In this document: one piece after another, positions 21,341 through 31,713 of the stretch
How positions within the stretch are numbered: the first letter of the stretch is position 1
Layout: the number at the start of each line of letters is the position of its first letter
Assembly: GCA_965224195.1 (NCBI GenBank)
Contig: OZ245040.1
Coordinates: 1,632,001 to 1,696,000 of the forward strand
DNA: 64,000 nucleotides
From: Nitrosopumilus sp.
GTDB taxonomy: Archaea > Thermoproteota > Nitrososphaeria > Nitrososphaerales > Nitrosopumilaceae
Reading direction: 5' to 3'
The notes under the pieces: model-generated
Told to the model about the DNA's origin: nothing
Seen by the model: only the letters and a program-made list of their open reading frames with translations
Database searches by the model: none
Translations under genes and position numbers: made by a program

Positions 21341-21706
21341 TGTCGGTCATGGGTTTATTTACTAGAATCTACTAGGGAGTGTAGAATACCAAATAAGCTA
21401 AAGACGGTACTAAAAAGACTGGACAAACTTCCAGAGAGCCAGACAGGTATTATCTACGAGTTTAAAGGATATAAAGAAGACGAGGAGTGCTCAGAGCGTA
21501 ATGTTGTAAACTTGTTGGTGGTGTTAGAATTATTTGCACGGCATCGTGATGGGAAGAGCTTGTGTGATGTTACAAAAGAGGACATTTTGGGATTTTTGGA
21601 TCCAAGAAAAAAGTCACACGAGATAGACCCTGATGAGAAATGGAAGACTATATGGAACTATTGCCGCAACCACCTGGCAATCCTTTTACCGATGGTATAC
21701 CAATAA
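21341..21706 (+). pseudogene. N-terminal fragment of a thaumarchaeal-type integrase/recombinase, truncated by IS
   Basis: SERNVVN..., TKEDILGFLD.RKK...DPDEKWKTIWN resembles integrase N-domains; directly downstream of tRNA; ends at the IS TIR. Confidence 0.55.
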
Positions 21707-22701
21707 GTACTTTGTCGAACAAATAACAATCTGATCAACTTTATTTCATAACAATAGCTTTGGATCTCACATTCTGACCATTCTCATGGTTAACTGGAAT
21801 CAATACAATGAAAAACTAGTCAGAAGAGGCGAGATCATAATGTCATTTGATGCTATTGATAACTGGCATAAGGAATTAGAGGTCATGAATCATAATAAAA
21901 GAGGCAGAAAGTCCAGGCTGTCCTGATTCATTCATGAAATTATTGGGTTATGCGAGAATCTATTTTGGACTGCCATTCAGACAAACAGAAGGAATGATAC
22001 GTGCATATTGTAATAGAATTCCAGCAGTTCCTGATTTCACATCAATCCACAAGAGAATAAACAAGCTTGACATCAAAACTGATGATTCCATTGGAGATAA
22101 TAATGAAATCATTTTGGCAATTGACAGCACAGGAATCAAGGTTGCAAACAGGGGCAAATGGATGAGACAGAAATGGCACATGAGGAGAGGATTTCTAAAA
22201 ATCCATGCTGGTGCCGATGTCAAATCAAAGAAAATAGTTTCACTCAAAATAACAGATGATTCATCCCATGATGCTGCACATCTGCCAGAACTGGTACAGC
22301 AGGCATCACAGAAAGGAAATGTAATCAAGGTTCTAGCTGATGGCGCATATGATTCAGAAAATAATTTCTCATATCTATACCACAACACAGATGCACTCCC
22401 TGCAATCAAAGTTAGAAAGACATCATCTCTCAAAACAAAATGTTATCCGAGAAAGAAATCAGTCTTGGCTCAAATGTATAATTTGGATTTGTGGAAGCGC
22501 AGCGTTAGCTATGGGGACAGGTGGATTGCAGAGTGTGTGTTTTCAACATTCAAAAGGATGTTTGGTGAGTATGTCATGGCTCACAAAAGAAAATACATGG
22601 CAAAGGAATTAAAATTAAAAGTCGGGCCGTACAATCTGTTTGCAGGTGCTTGAGGGAATGAAATCAAAAACTAGTTGGAAATGATTTGTTCGACAGAGTA
22701 G
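21707..22701 (+). mobile_element. IS5-family (IS903-like) element (copy 1 of family B)
   Basis: TIRs TACTTTGTCGAACAAAT (21708-21724) and ATTTGTTCGACAGAGTA (22684-22700). Transposase MVNWNQYNEKLVRRG, then a frameshift into 21934-22653 (IDSTG, ADGAYD, RW..E..FS..K). Confidence 0.92.
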
Positions 22702-23152
22702 GGGGCAACAAAAACAAAGCTTGTTGAGTTGTATTATCATCATATATGTTAACAGTAACCGTAAATGAACCGCTTCTATCAAACTGTATAGGAAATGATA
22801 CTTTGCCGTTTGTTATGTGTGTTTTTGGATGTGATAAATAGATTAACCCATCATGGTCTATCGTCATATCAAAGTCAATATTGAGATGCATTATGTAAGT
22901 ATTGGAATTGTAAAAAACTAAACTAACATCGTTGTGATTTTTGTTTGGATTTTTATATACATTTAATAAAATATCCACATTGTTGAGTTGCTTGAGTTGT
23001 TCGGTTTGAGGTACCATAAAATATGTTTTAGATACAATAGGATCATTTGTCTTAAATTCTTCTGCTGTAAGATAAACACTATACCCAAGCCCAACAACAA
23101 CAATGCCAGCAGGTATGATAAATATGAACAGTTTATTCAAGATTATGGCCAA
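22702..23152 (-). CDS. membrane-anchored Ig-like hypothetical protein, C-terminus cut by IS
   Basis: N-terminal TM; last codons of ORF 22664-23152 lie inside the IS end. Confidence 0.55.
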
Positions 23153-24015
23153 TTAAAATGATAGCTAGATCTGAGTTGTGCCATATAATTTGTATAGCGA
23201 CAAACTTCGTCAGTGTCTATGTAAAGTGCACATTCATTTTCATCAGTCATCGCAGTGCCGTTTGAATAAACCATAAGATACGGAAATCCATGATTGTCAG
23301 GAAAATCAGATTGCATGTAATCATTCATGGTAGTAAAACATTTACGTAAATTACTACCATCATTATAAAATATACAGTATGGTTTGCCTTCAATATCTAT
23401 TGTTATTGGTTTTAGCATTGTTATACGTTGACAGTCTTTTTCCACACCTTTAAAAAGTGCACATCCATTTTCATCAGTCATTGCAGTACCGTTTGAATAA
23501 ACCATAAGATACGGTCCATGGTCTATAAATGAAGATCCTTTGTATTGTTTTAATTCCTGAATATTCCTAAAACATGCATAAAGATCAGACCCATCAGGAT
23601 AAAAAATGCAATATGGCTCATATCTACGATCAAGTTTGTCAAGCGGTTCTGCTACTTTTATCAAGGACTTCATTGAAGTACCACTATCCAAATTTACATT
23701 TACACATGCATTAAGATTGGCAGGGCAGTAATTCATGTATGATTGATTTTCATTGTGTGGTGAAAATTGCATAACACCTTCTTTGTCTGTAAATTTAGGC
23801 TTTTCTTGCAGTTTCTCAGATACTATACCCCATCCACGCTCAATTAGTTTTATGGCAGTATTTTCCTTTACACATGCAAGCTTACCATCATTTGTTTTCT
23901 CAAGAATTGTAAAGTAGCATTTATTTTCTAATCCCATAGTTTCAGGAACTGTTGAAAATATCACAACAACTAAAGATATGGTTAGTAATAGTAAGATATG
24001 CAAGATCAATACCAA
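23143..24015 (-). CDS. secreted protein with ACV...KLIERGW motif and an internal duplicated Cys-rich domain
   Basis: Signal peptide; two copies of PYCIFY.DGS.L..CF...PYLMVYSNGTAMTDEN.CAL. Confidence 0.7.
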   Translation of the reverse strand: MVLILHILLLLTISLVVVIFSTVPETMGLENKCYFTILEKTNDGKLACVKENTAIKLIERGWGIVSEKLQEKPKFTDKEGVMQFSPHNENQSYMNYCPANLNACVNVNLDSGTSMKSLIKVAEPLDKLDRRYEPYCIFYPDGSDLYACFRNIQELKQYKGSSFIDHGPYLMVYSNGTAMTDENGCALFKGVEKDCQRITMLKPITIDIEGKPYCIFYNDGSNLRKCFTTMNDYMQSDFPDNHGFPYLMVYSNGTAMTDENECALYIDTDEVCRYTNYMAQLRSSYHFNWP

Positions 24016-24040
24016 AAATAGTAGTTATTAAACATTTGAT

Positions 24041-24418
24041 TTAATCCAGATCATAAAACTCCACAATATTTTCCCAAGGGCTAAAAATACTATAGTTCAT
24101 ACTTGAAGGACATTTGTCAAAGTTTTCTATTCCATTAATACCAACAGCAGCAAGTTCTTTATTATATGGCCTATGTGTATCAGTGCATAGTGTACCTTGA
24201 TGCATTCCAACAATATTTGCAGTTCCATCATCCATATGGATTATTGATCCTCCGCTATCCCCTAACATACTTGTATAATTTCCAATCATCATATCTTTAA
24301 AAACTATATTATGTTTTATAAATGTCAAATCAGTAAAATATAATATGCCATTTTTTATATTGTTTTCTTTTCCATACAAGTGTAATGAATCGCCATATTG
24401 TAATTTCGTGGAACCCAT
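24041..24418 (-). pseudogene. C-terminal fragment of trypsin-like (S1) serine protease
   Basis: GDSGGSII, IVGMH, FSPWENI; lacks N-terminal His/Asp region. Confidence 0.65.
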
Positions 24419-24587
24419 ACCTTGTAGGGAGACACTCCTCCATCACAGAAAAGATAGACATTTTACTTGACCACCAGCTAACATCATTTGCAGGCTGGAC
24501 AGTAAACACTAAAAGAAGGGCAATATTAATCCGAAGCTTTTCCCAATCATATTAAAACATCATAGGTAATTTATCACTCGCAAGATA

Positions 24588-24809
24588 TCATTGCGGTGGT
24601 AGTTTATTGCCCATACACAACAACACCTCTCTATCCCATCTTTCTGGAATACACACATCTACAAGTTGATCCGTTCTACAAGTATTCCAATCATGTATTT
24701 TAGTATACTCTATATGACATTGAAAAAGATATACAATGTAAGGCGAAAAAAACAAAAAAATTGCAACTAGGACAATCATATAAATAATCTTAGTTGATAT
24801 CCAACGCAT
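24588..24809 (-). CDS. small membrane protein
   Basis: 73 aa, N-terminal TM, Cys-rich; overlaps upstream ORF stop. Confidence 0.45.
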   Translation of the reverse strand: MRWISTKIIYMIVLVAIFLFFSPYIVYLFQCHIEYTKIHDWNTCRTDQLVDVCIPERWDREVLLCMGNKLPPQ

Positions 24810-25653
24810 CTACAACATTTTCCCAAGGACTAAATATTTTGAATCGCCTATCAGCGTTTTCACAATCACGCTCATTCAATAAATCATGTGTAGACATTTT
24901 TATGCCATTATCCAATGTAATAGTACATGTTGAACCAACATGCAAACCCAATAACTGTGCGGTATTATTAACGTATTTTACAAATATAGGAGAATCACTA
25001 TCACCTCCTTGCGAATCATAATTGGCAGCTCCTTGTTTTATCAAAGTGTAATAATTATTAAAAGAACTACCAGGTATTGTATATCCCATTGTGGCAGTTA
25101 CATTGTATTGTTCCATAGTTCCACCATCATCATTATTTCTTCCTGCTATGTAAACAGGAATGGTTTTATCAACGTATGTATAACCGCCAAAGCTTGTTAT
25201 GTTAAAAATACTGTCATTGTATCGTAATTCATTTACATTAACATCAATATCAGAATTTGTAACATTAACATAAGCAACATCAGCCAGAACATTTGTACCA
25301 GAAAGAAGTGTTTTGTTGCCAAGTATATCACCTATCATGGCCTCTTGAAAACGATCTTTAAATTGACTATAACCTCCATTTTGATCCATATCACTTCGGT
25401 ATAATCCAAAGGTTATTGGATTTCTAGAAGCTTGCGGTTGCTCATAACAGACAAATTCATATTCATTATTTTTAACTTCGATAAATGTAATGTTGATAAA
25501 ATTTTCATTCCAATCTTTAATTTTTTCAGATACAAAAATAGCCTTTCCACGTTCAAAGAAATAAGGACATAATAACAAACCTTCATCATCTTCTGCATAG
25601 GCCATCCCTTCAAAATCAGGATACCATAAACTTGCAAATTCATTATTGTCCAC
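24790..25653 (-). CDS. trypsin-like protease paralog, degenerate or truncated
   Basis: ADVAYV, GGDSDSPIF, LLGLH, FSPWENV; paralogous to 24041-24418. Confidence 0.6.
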   Translation of the reverse strand: MDNNEFASLWYPDFEGMAYAEDDEGLLLCPYFFERGKAIFVSEKIKDWNENFINITFIEVKNNEYEFVCYEQPQASRNPITFGLYRSDMDQNGGYSQFKDRFQEAMIGDILGNKTLLSGTNVLADVAYVNVTNSDIDVNVNELRYNDSIFNITSFGGYTYVDKTIPVYIAGRNNDDGGTMEQYNVTATMGYTIPGSSFNNYYTLIKQGAANYDSQGGDSDSPIFVKYVNNTAQLLGLHVGSTCTITLDNGIKMSTHDLLNERDCENADRRFKIFSPWENVVDALDIN

Positions 25654-25721
25654 AATTTAACAAACATTACATTCTATTTTAGTATGGAACTAATGTACTA
25701 AATCCATAGTTATAGTTACAA

Positions 25722-26306
25722 TCAAATTCTACTGAAAATATCATAATACAGTTTTGAGAACTTTATTGCTTTTTTAGCCCCTTTTTCGGCGCCACTTTCA
25801 AGAATCATCCCTTCTTCTACTTGATATATTTGGGAAATTTTACGCATTATAGAGTATTCAGAAGTTTTTGTAAAATCTCCATCATGTTTCTTATCTCGTT
25901 TTACATGAACCAAAGGATTACGCATTTTTCGTAATTTATGCAACTGAGTACTTTCCTTTATTGTGATGTATTTTTCATTTTTTGCCAAATCAATAATTTG
26001 ACTAAATCCACAAGAATTTACAAAATCTAGATTTTTCTTGTCTTCTCTTAAATCATAATATCCCCTAAACGAATGTTTCAAACCTTCTTCAAAGGTCATT
26101 TGCATCATGACGATAGTTGCAAAAAACAATCCTTCAAGCCAACAACGATGTGCTTCAAAAAAGTATTCTTGTGCAATCATTCCACCTCCTAAACGTCCCT
26201 CAAATTCAATATTCAGTGATTTCAAGAAATCATTTCTTTGTACTCTTCCTGCAAAAAGCATTTCATCGGCTTGCCTAACAATGTTTTCTGAATCAGTTTT
26301 CAACAA
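25722..26306 (-). CDS. HEPN/DUF4145-like protein
   Basis: EAHRCWLEGLFFATIVM...E..L and RNPLVH (RxxxxH) motif. Confidence 0.65.
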   Translation of the reverse strand: MLKTDSENIVRQADEMLFAGRVQRNDFLKSLNIEFEGRLGGGMIAQEYFFEAHRCWLEGLFFATIVMMQMTFEEGLKHSFRGYYDLREDKKNLDFVNSCGFSQIIDLAKNEKYITIKESTQLHKLRKMRNPLVHVKRDKKHDGDFTKTSEYSIMRKISQIYQVEEGMILESGAEKGAKKAIKFSKLYYDIFSRI

Positions 26307-26563
26307 AATATTTGCTATCTTGTTCTTTAAATCAGATATGTTTCAATTTTTAAAAAAGATTGCAATATTTTCATAATACAAAATCCTTATTACTAAATTT
26401 AACGTACTGTATGTATAATGGTAATTGAAGATTATGTAGAGTTTGGGATACCATTAGCTGATCTTGTTTTACAATATAGCGAACAACTTGTTGTGGGTTT
26501 GTCTGGAGCAGGAATTTTTGCACTTTTAAAAAATTAACTTAACTCGGCATGGTCATTGCTTTT

Positions 26564-26854
26564 TTAGGCACGGTCATTACGAGTTAAAAATTCAAGGCCC
26601 TTTTTTGTGAGTTGAATTTCATATACCATAAAAACAACAATGCCACCGATAGGTCTGTTTTTACGTCTCATGATAATTAATTGAGAATTGGACATAGCTC
26701 TTGTGACATCATACCATGAACTCATCGGTATGTCTAATTTAGCAGCGAATTCAGTAATCCAAGGATAACCATCACCAATTTTTATCAAAAAATTATTGTC
26801 AATCAAATACTCTATTAGAAATAATTTGTAATGATGATATTTCCCCTTTCGCAA
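26564..26854 (-). CDS. small winged-helix-like protein
   Basis: EFAAKLDIPMSSWY helix-turn-helix and IQLTKKGLEFL wing. Confidence 0.45.
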   Translation of the reverse strand: MRKGKYHHYKLFLIEYLIDNNFLIKIGDGYPWITEFAAKLDIPMSSWYDVTRAMSNSQLIIMRRKNRPIGGIVVFMVYEIQLTKKGLEFLTRNDRA

Positions 26855-26969
26855 GATAAATTTTATCTGAAATTTGAGCGTATTTAAGGAAAATTTGATA
26901 TTGTATATATAAAAATTATTTTATTATCAATATTTTCTAAATTTCGGGATTTATAGAATTTATGAATTT

Positions 26970-28118
26970 CTATATTTTTTCTATTTGTACTAATTGATCA
27001 TACAGATAAGCTTGTTCGGGTAACAAGTTTTTTATTAATTTCTCTTCGTCACTGTCTTTCCCATATTTAATTTTCAGTTCACTCATTATGCCTTTTTTTT
27101 CTTTCATTTCCAAGCCGAAAATTCTTTTTAATTCTATCAAGATAATAGTAATTTTTTTGGAAAGATCATCTAATTCAATTTTTTTTGCAAATTTTTTCAA
27201 AACTAACTTTACAAATACATTAATCAACAAAATGTCTATTATGTGAATATATGTTGGATAACGTGCTTTACCTAACATTTCAGTTGTAAATTTACCAAGA
27301 CGCCCTTCATAGGATTTGTTTAATTTTATATGAGTATCAATTTCTAATAATCCGCTTGAAAATATACCCAAATCTGCAAGTATGACATCAAATGATGGCG
27401 GATCATTTTTAAAAAAAGATATTTCATCATTGGATATTTTTTCAAAAGCATCTATGATTTCTGGAATTAATAGTTTCTCCGAACTAGATTTTATCAATGC
27501 GGCAATATCGTAAATTTGCTTTGGCACATCAAGTCCTCCTTCAGGATCAATTCCTATTGTGTTAAATGGAAGTGTTGTTAATTTATCACCAATTAAAGAG
27601 CCATGATCATAAACAGATAAAGGGAAATTTATCGGAAGTCCTATAATTTCAATGCCATTTTTTATTTTCTTTGATTGAATATTCATGTTATTTCCATAAA
27701 AAATCTCGATTTTTAGATCTGCTTCTTCATTGATTACTGATTTATACCCACAAAAATAGGTCAACAAAGGTAATTCCTTATTACTTACTTTTTTTGGAAC
27801 GTGTGGGTCGCCAATGTCTACTATTCCTTTGAGTTTTTCTGAAACTTTTTTCATTGCCTCAATTACTTCTTCTCTAGAATTTCCAGTTACAATGTCAATA
27901 TCAACACTAAGTCGTCGTAAAGTTTTATCATGTAGATGGAAAGGAACTGCCATTCCTCCTTTAACAACACAATCTGGAATTACCTCTTGAATGTGAGTTA
28001 ATACTTCAAAATCCATGATGAATTGTTCTAATGGTAATGAATCTCTAAACCCATGAGATTCCCTAATAGTGTCAATGCCTTCTTTATTCAAAATATCTTT
28101 GAAGTGTAGTTCTACCAC
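26970..28118 (-). CDS. AbiEii/AbiGii-family nucleotidyltransferase toxin
   Basis: VVKGGMA, RRLSVDIDIV, LKIEI, LIGDKL, KQIYDI motifs. Confidence 0.85.
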   Translation of the reverse strand: MVELHFKDILNKEGIDTIRESHGFRDSLPLEQFIMDFEVLTHIQEVIPDCVVKGGMAVPFHLHDKTLRRLSVDIDIVTGNSREEVIEAMKKVSEKLKGIVDIGDPHVPKKVSNKELPLLTYFCGYKSVINEEADLKIEIFYGNNMNIQSKKIKNGIEIIGLPINFPLSVYDHGSLIGDKLTTLPFNTIGIDPEGGLDVPKQIYDIAALIKSSSEKLLIPEIIDAFEKISNDEISFFKNDPPSFDVILADLGIFSSGLLEIDTHIKLNKSYEGRLGKFTTEMLGKARYPTYIHIIDILLINVFVKLVLKKFAKKIELDDLSKKITIILIELKRIFGLEMKEKKGIMSELKIKYGKDSDEEKLIKNLLPEQAYLYDQLVQIEKI

Positions 28119-30034
28119 TAAAATTCAGATCCCAAAATTTTTTTAACTAATTCTGATTTTTTGATAAAATTTGCATAAGTTTGCAAATTTTCATAATTAA
28201 TCAAAGTAGATCTTTTCATTGTTGCAAATATTCGTCTCAACTCTGAATTATCGAGTGGACCATTATGACTATGCGTTTCATTTACTAAATCAAGAAATGC
28301 TTTTTCAGGAGCAGCAATAGTAGACCCTCTAATTACGGCGTATTCTCTTATTGAAATAATTCTTTCAGTGGCAGGCATTTTTAGAAACACGTCTAACGCT
28401 TTTTTATCTGGCGCATATATAATAGTAAATTTTTCGTGGAATTTTTCTGCTAATAGCTCTGAAAGATATTCTCCTTTCTCAGGTTCGGTGTAAAGTGTAT
28501 AGATTATTTTCCCACGTGAGTTATGCAAATAGGGTGTAAGAGTAGATAACGCGGTAAATTGAAATTTGAATCCAAAGTTTTCTTTAAGATAGTCATGGAC
28601 TTCAACTAATTCATCGGTTAATTTGTAATTCGGAATATTTGGGATTTTTACTTCCCTCTCCCTAAAAATTTCTTTTTTATTGCTTTTTTCTGACCATGTG
28701 TTTAAAAATTCTTTGATATCATAATTTCTCTTTTCTATTAATTTTTCAAAGTTTGGATTTTCTCCAATCAATTTTATTTCTGAAGCAATTATTCCAATTA
28801 GGAATAAAGGATTTTTTACAAATCCAAATGCTTCATCGTCTTTATTTATTGTTACTTTGATCTTCGAATTTTGTTTTTCTATAATGTATAATGGCTCATT
28901 TTTGAGGGATTTTATGCCTATTTTCATCAAACTATTTCCTACTTTTGTCTCAAAAGGTTCAGTATTATCCAATAATTCTTGTGAAGTTTTTGAACGTACA
29001 CTACGCTCAAGATATTGTGCAGAAGATTTCTTAGTAAAATAATCAAATACAGATTCAACAGATACAGTGTTTTCACTTTTAGATTTTGATGATTGTATTA
29101 TTTGTTTGAATTCAAGAGAGGATCTGAAAACATTAACTGCTTTTTCATATTCTTGACTTTCTTCAATGAATGCACTTTTGTTAAAGTTTACAGGGACATG
29201 ATCTAAATTTAATTCTCCAATTATCTTTGCATTTTCAGGATGTGGAGGAAATCCAAATTTTTCATATGCTTTTATCAGTCTTCCATTTCTAAATAAATGA
29301 AGTCCATAGTGTCCCTTTATAGAACGTTTTTTTAGTAATGCAACATAACCGTTAATTTTTTTTCCAAAATCTAATTCAATCTGTATATTTTTTTTAGTTC
29401 CGTCTACAATGTTAGGTTTTGAAGGTTTGCAAAAAACCGTATTAATTTGAATTGAAATTTGTTCTGTATTCAAATAAGGAAAATATCGTATACCAAAACT
29501 TTCTTTGAATTTTGAAACTTGGTTGGGATATAATGGTACATTTAATTCAGAAATTATAATTCTCGTCCCATGCCAATTTTCTTCATCCGTTAAAGTTTTT
29601 TCAGTGACAACAAAATTTTTCCAGTTTTGTGTGTCATCAGATAACCAATTTTTTTCATCATACTCTGCAGAATATTCTTTATTAGAATTAATTTTAGATG
29701 TAATAATAATAAATTTTTTTCCCAATGCAGAACATGCACTTTTCATTCCAATCCCAAATTGTCCTAATTCACCATCAATTTTTGTTCCCTTTGCAATAGT
29801 CATTGCATTTGTAAGGTCTTGTTTATCCATACCAGAACCATCATCTCTTATTCCGATCCATTTTTTTTGAAAATCTAAATGAATATCGATTATTTCTTTT
29901 TCATCAGAAATTCTTGCATCAATAGAATTATCTAGCAATTCAGCAACTGCTTGTTCTGTCCGATACCCAACAAGACCTAGTTTTTGGATAAGGGACTTGT
30001 CTGGAGTGATATCTACATGAAAATTATTATCCAT
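28118..30034 (-). CDS. GHKL (MORC-like HATPase_c_3) ATPase fused to a C-terminal AbiEi-like domain
   Basis: AELLDNSIDA, DDGSGMD, GQFGIGMKSA, HGTRI and RNGRLI (S5-like). C-terminal STIAAPEKAFLDL resembles the AbiEi CTD. Stop overlaps the AbiEii start. Confidence 0.8.
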   Translation of the reverse strand: MDNNFHVDITPDKSLIQKLGLVGYRTEQAVAELLDNSIDARISDEKEIIDIHLDFQKKWIGIRDDGSGMDKQDLTNAMTIAKGTKIDGELGQFGIGMKSACSALGKKFIIITSKINSNKEYSAEYDEKNWLSDDTQNWKNFVVTEKTLTDEENWHGTRIIISELNVPLYPNQVSKFKESFGIRYFPYLNTEQISIQINTVFCKPSKPNIVDGTKKNIQIELDFGKKINGYVALLKKRSIKGHYGLHLFRNGRLIKAYEKFGFPPHPENAKIIGELNLDHVPVNFNKSAFIEESQEYEKAVNVFRSSLEFKQIIQSSKSKSENTVSVESVFDYFTKKSSAQYLERSVRSKTSQELLDNTEPFETKVGNSLMKIGIKSLKNEPLYIIEKQNSKIKVTINKDDEAFGFVKNPLFLIGIIASEIKLIGENPNFEKLIEKRNYDIKEFLNTWSEKSNKKEIFREREVKIPNIPNYKLTDELVEVHDYLKENFGFKFQFTALSTLTPYLHNSRGKIIYTLYTEPEKGEYLSELLAEKFHEKFTIIYAPDKKALDVFLKMPATERIISIREYAVIRGSTIAAPEKAFLDLVNETHSHNGPLDNSELRRIFATMKRSTLINYENLQTYANFIKKSELVKKILGSEF

Positions 30035-30096
30035 ATGAAAAGAACTTAAATCTAGAATTTAAGACTTTTTCTCGTTTTATGCTCATTTGAGCCTGC

Positions 30097-30161
30097 ATAT
30101 ACAGTATATACAATTTGTATATACTGTATATATCTAGAAAATATTGGTTTTTCTAGATATA
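30097..30161. promoter_or_regulatory. two abutting perfect inverted repeats upstream of the GHKL-AbiE operon
   Basis: ATATACAGTATATACAA-T-TTGTATATACTGTATAT (17-bp arms, 30097-30131) and TATATCTAGAAAA-N7-TTTTCTAGATATA (13-bp arms, 30129-30161). Confidence 0.6.
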
Positions 30162-30259
30162 AGTTCATTATTTAAATACTATTTTTTTCAAAGTTGTATT
30201 TAAACAAAGCGTAAGATCATTGACAGAAATTTATTCAATACATTATGAAATTATCAAAT

Positions 30260-30415
30260 TTATTCATCATAATCTTCTTCATCTAATTCACTTTCGGAAA
30301 TCATACGTCCATAATCATCACAATCAAAATTAGCACATTCATAAAAGTCAAAAGGACTTTTATTCATTGGCTTTCCACATGATTCACAAATTGCCAATAT
30401 AACCCAAGGAGACAT
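30260..30415 (-). CDS. 51-aa Zn-finger microprotein with acidic tail
   Basis: MSPWVILAICESCGKPM...YECANFDC...EEDYDE; not in ORF track. Confidence 0.55.
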   Translation of the reverse strand: MSPWVILAICESCGKPMNKSPFDFYECANFDCDDYGRMISESELDEEDYDE

Positions 30416-30579
30416 TTTTAGTCCATCTCAAATATCACTTTACGTGGTTTGATTCCTTTATTTGAAATTTCTATAAATTTTTTTTGGTATTGAACATGTT
30501 ACATGACCACGATTATCCATTTTGCAATTTGATAATTTTATATCATCTGTCATTGACAAAATAAAAACAAACAGGTACT

Positions 30580-30891
30580 TTAACTTTCCAGAGAATATGA
30601 AACATTAGTTTTTTTATTTACATCATTTCCAAAGGATAAAGAAACTTGTTTTAGTGGAACAGCAACAAGCAATTTTTGTTCAACATTACTTTCAATTCGT
30701 TTAGTTTTTTTATATTCATTAATCAAATGTAAAACTACATCACCGTAACTAATATTGATTGTTGATTTTGTTCCTAAATTAATTATAATTTTTAATTCAT
30801 CAAGTTGTCGTTTGATTTTTTTATTAATCATTGCTTGTGAAAATCTTTTACGTGAAAATCTTTTCATATGTATCGATACACATAGTTTCAT
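30580..30891 (-). CDS. hypothetical protein, possibly RHH-like
   Basis: KIKRQLDELK...ISYGDVVLHLI. Confidence 0.45.
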   Translation of the reverse strand: MKLCVSIHMKRFSRKRFSQAMINKKIKRQLDELKIIINLGTKSTINISYGDVVLHLINEYKKTKRIESNVEQKLLVAVPLKQVSLSFGNDVNKKTNVSYSLES

Positions 30892-30981
30892 TTAAGATTA
30901 AATTATCTTAGAAAAAAATGTCAACAGGTTTATAATGACTTTTTTTTCTTTATATAATTTTATTTAAGTAAAAAATATCGT

Positions 30982-31713
30982 TTATAATCCTTGTAATGAT
31001 TTTTTGAGTTTAACAATTTCTTCTTTTAACATTTCTTTATTTTCTGTAAAATGATTTGGTGTAACTTTTGCGATATCATCAAGATGTTGTTGATATCCCA
31101 TAATTTTGAGTACTGAAGTTGCGCGTTCCAAAGTATCATTTGCTTTTGCAAGTTTTTCTTCATAATTTTCCATCATTTTTTTAGTGTCCTCTATTTTTTC
31201 ATCAAATTCTGTTGCGGATTGAATTCCTAACGGCTTTCCACATTTAGAACAAATTTTAGCATCTGGAGCATTTGGTACCTCACAGATATGACAGATTTGA
31301 GGCGTTTCAACCAAATTTCCTGTTTCTTTACGCTTGATTCCATAGTGATTCAATATGACATTTTCAACATCAGCATTAATCATGTGAACATATCTGGCAG
31401 GCATTTTTGACGAGTTAGACCAACCATGTCGTTTACGAAGTTGAGCTTCAGTCATAAAATTAGCAGATTCAGTAGCTTCTGAATGTCTAAATAATTTCAT
31501 GTTGATTTTCTTTGGCAATCCTGCAATGGTACATCTACGTGCAAGCATTTGTCGCGATGCACTGCAGGATAATGGTTCTCTAAACTTTTTCGGACTAGTA
31601 TTAATCCACAAAGGGGAATCAGGATTATCCCTCATAGGATGAGTGTTAATCCAAGAAGACAGATTAGATACTGAACGAATTAATCGAATAGGTCTAGGAC
31701 CTGTTTTTCCATC
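30982..31713 (-). pseudogene. tyrosine recombinase/integrase, C-terminal half with Zn ribbon; 5' part missing
   Basis: DGKTGPR upstream in frame, LFRHSEAT, HGW, ARYVH, CHIC...CSKCGKP. Confidence 0.85.

Noticed and set aside
21266-21706. 146-aa ORF starting inside the tRNA as an SSV1-type split integrase
   Set aside because: The first ~25 codons are just tRNA sequence, and no att duplicate or matching same-strand half was seen.
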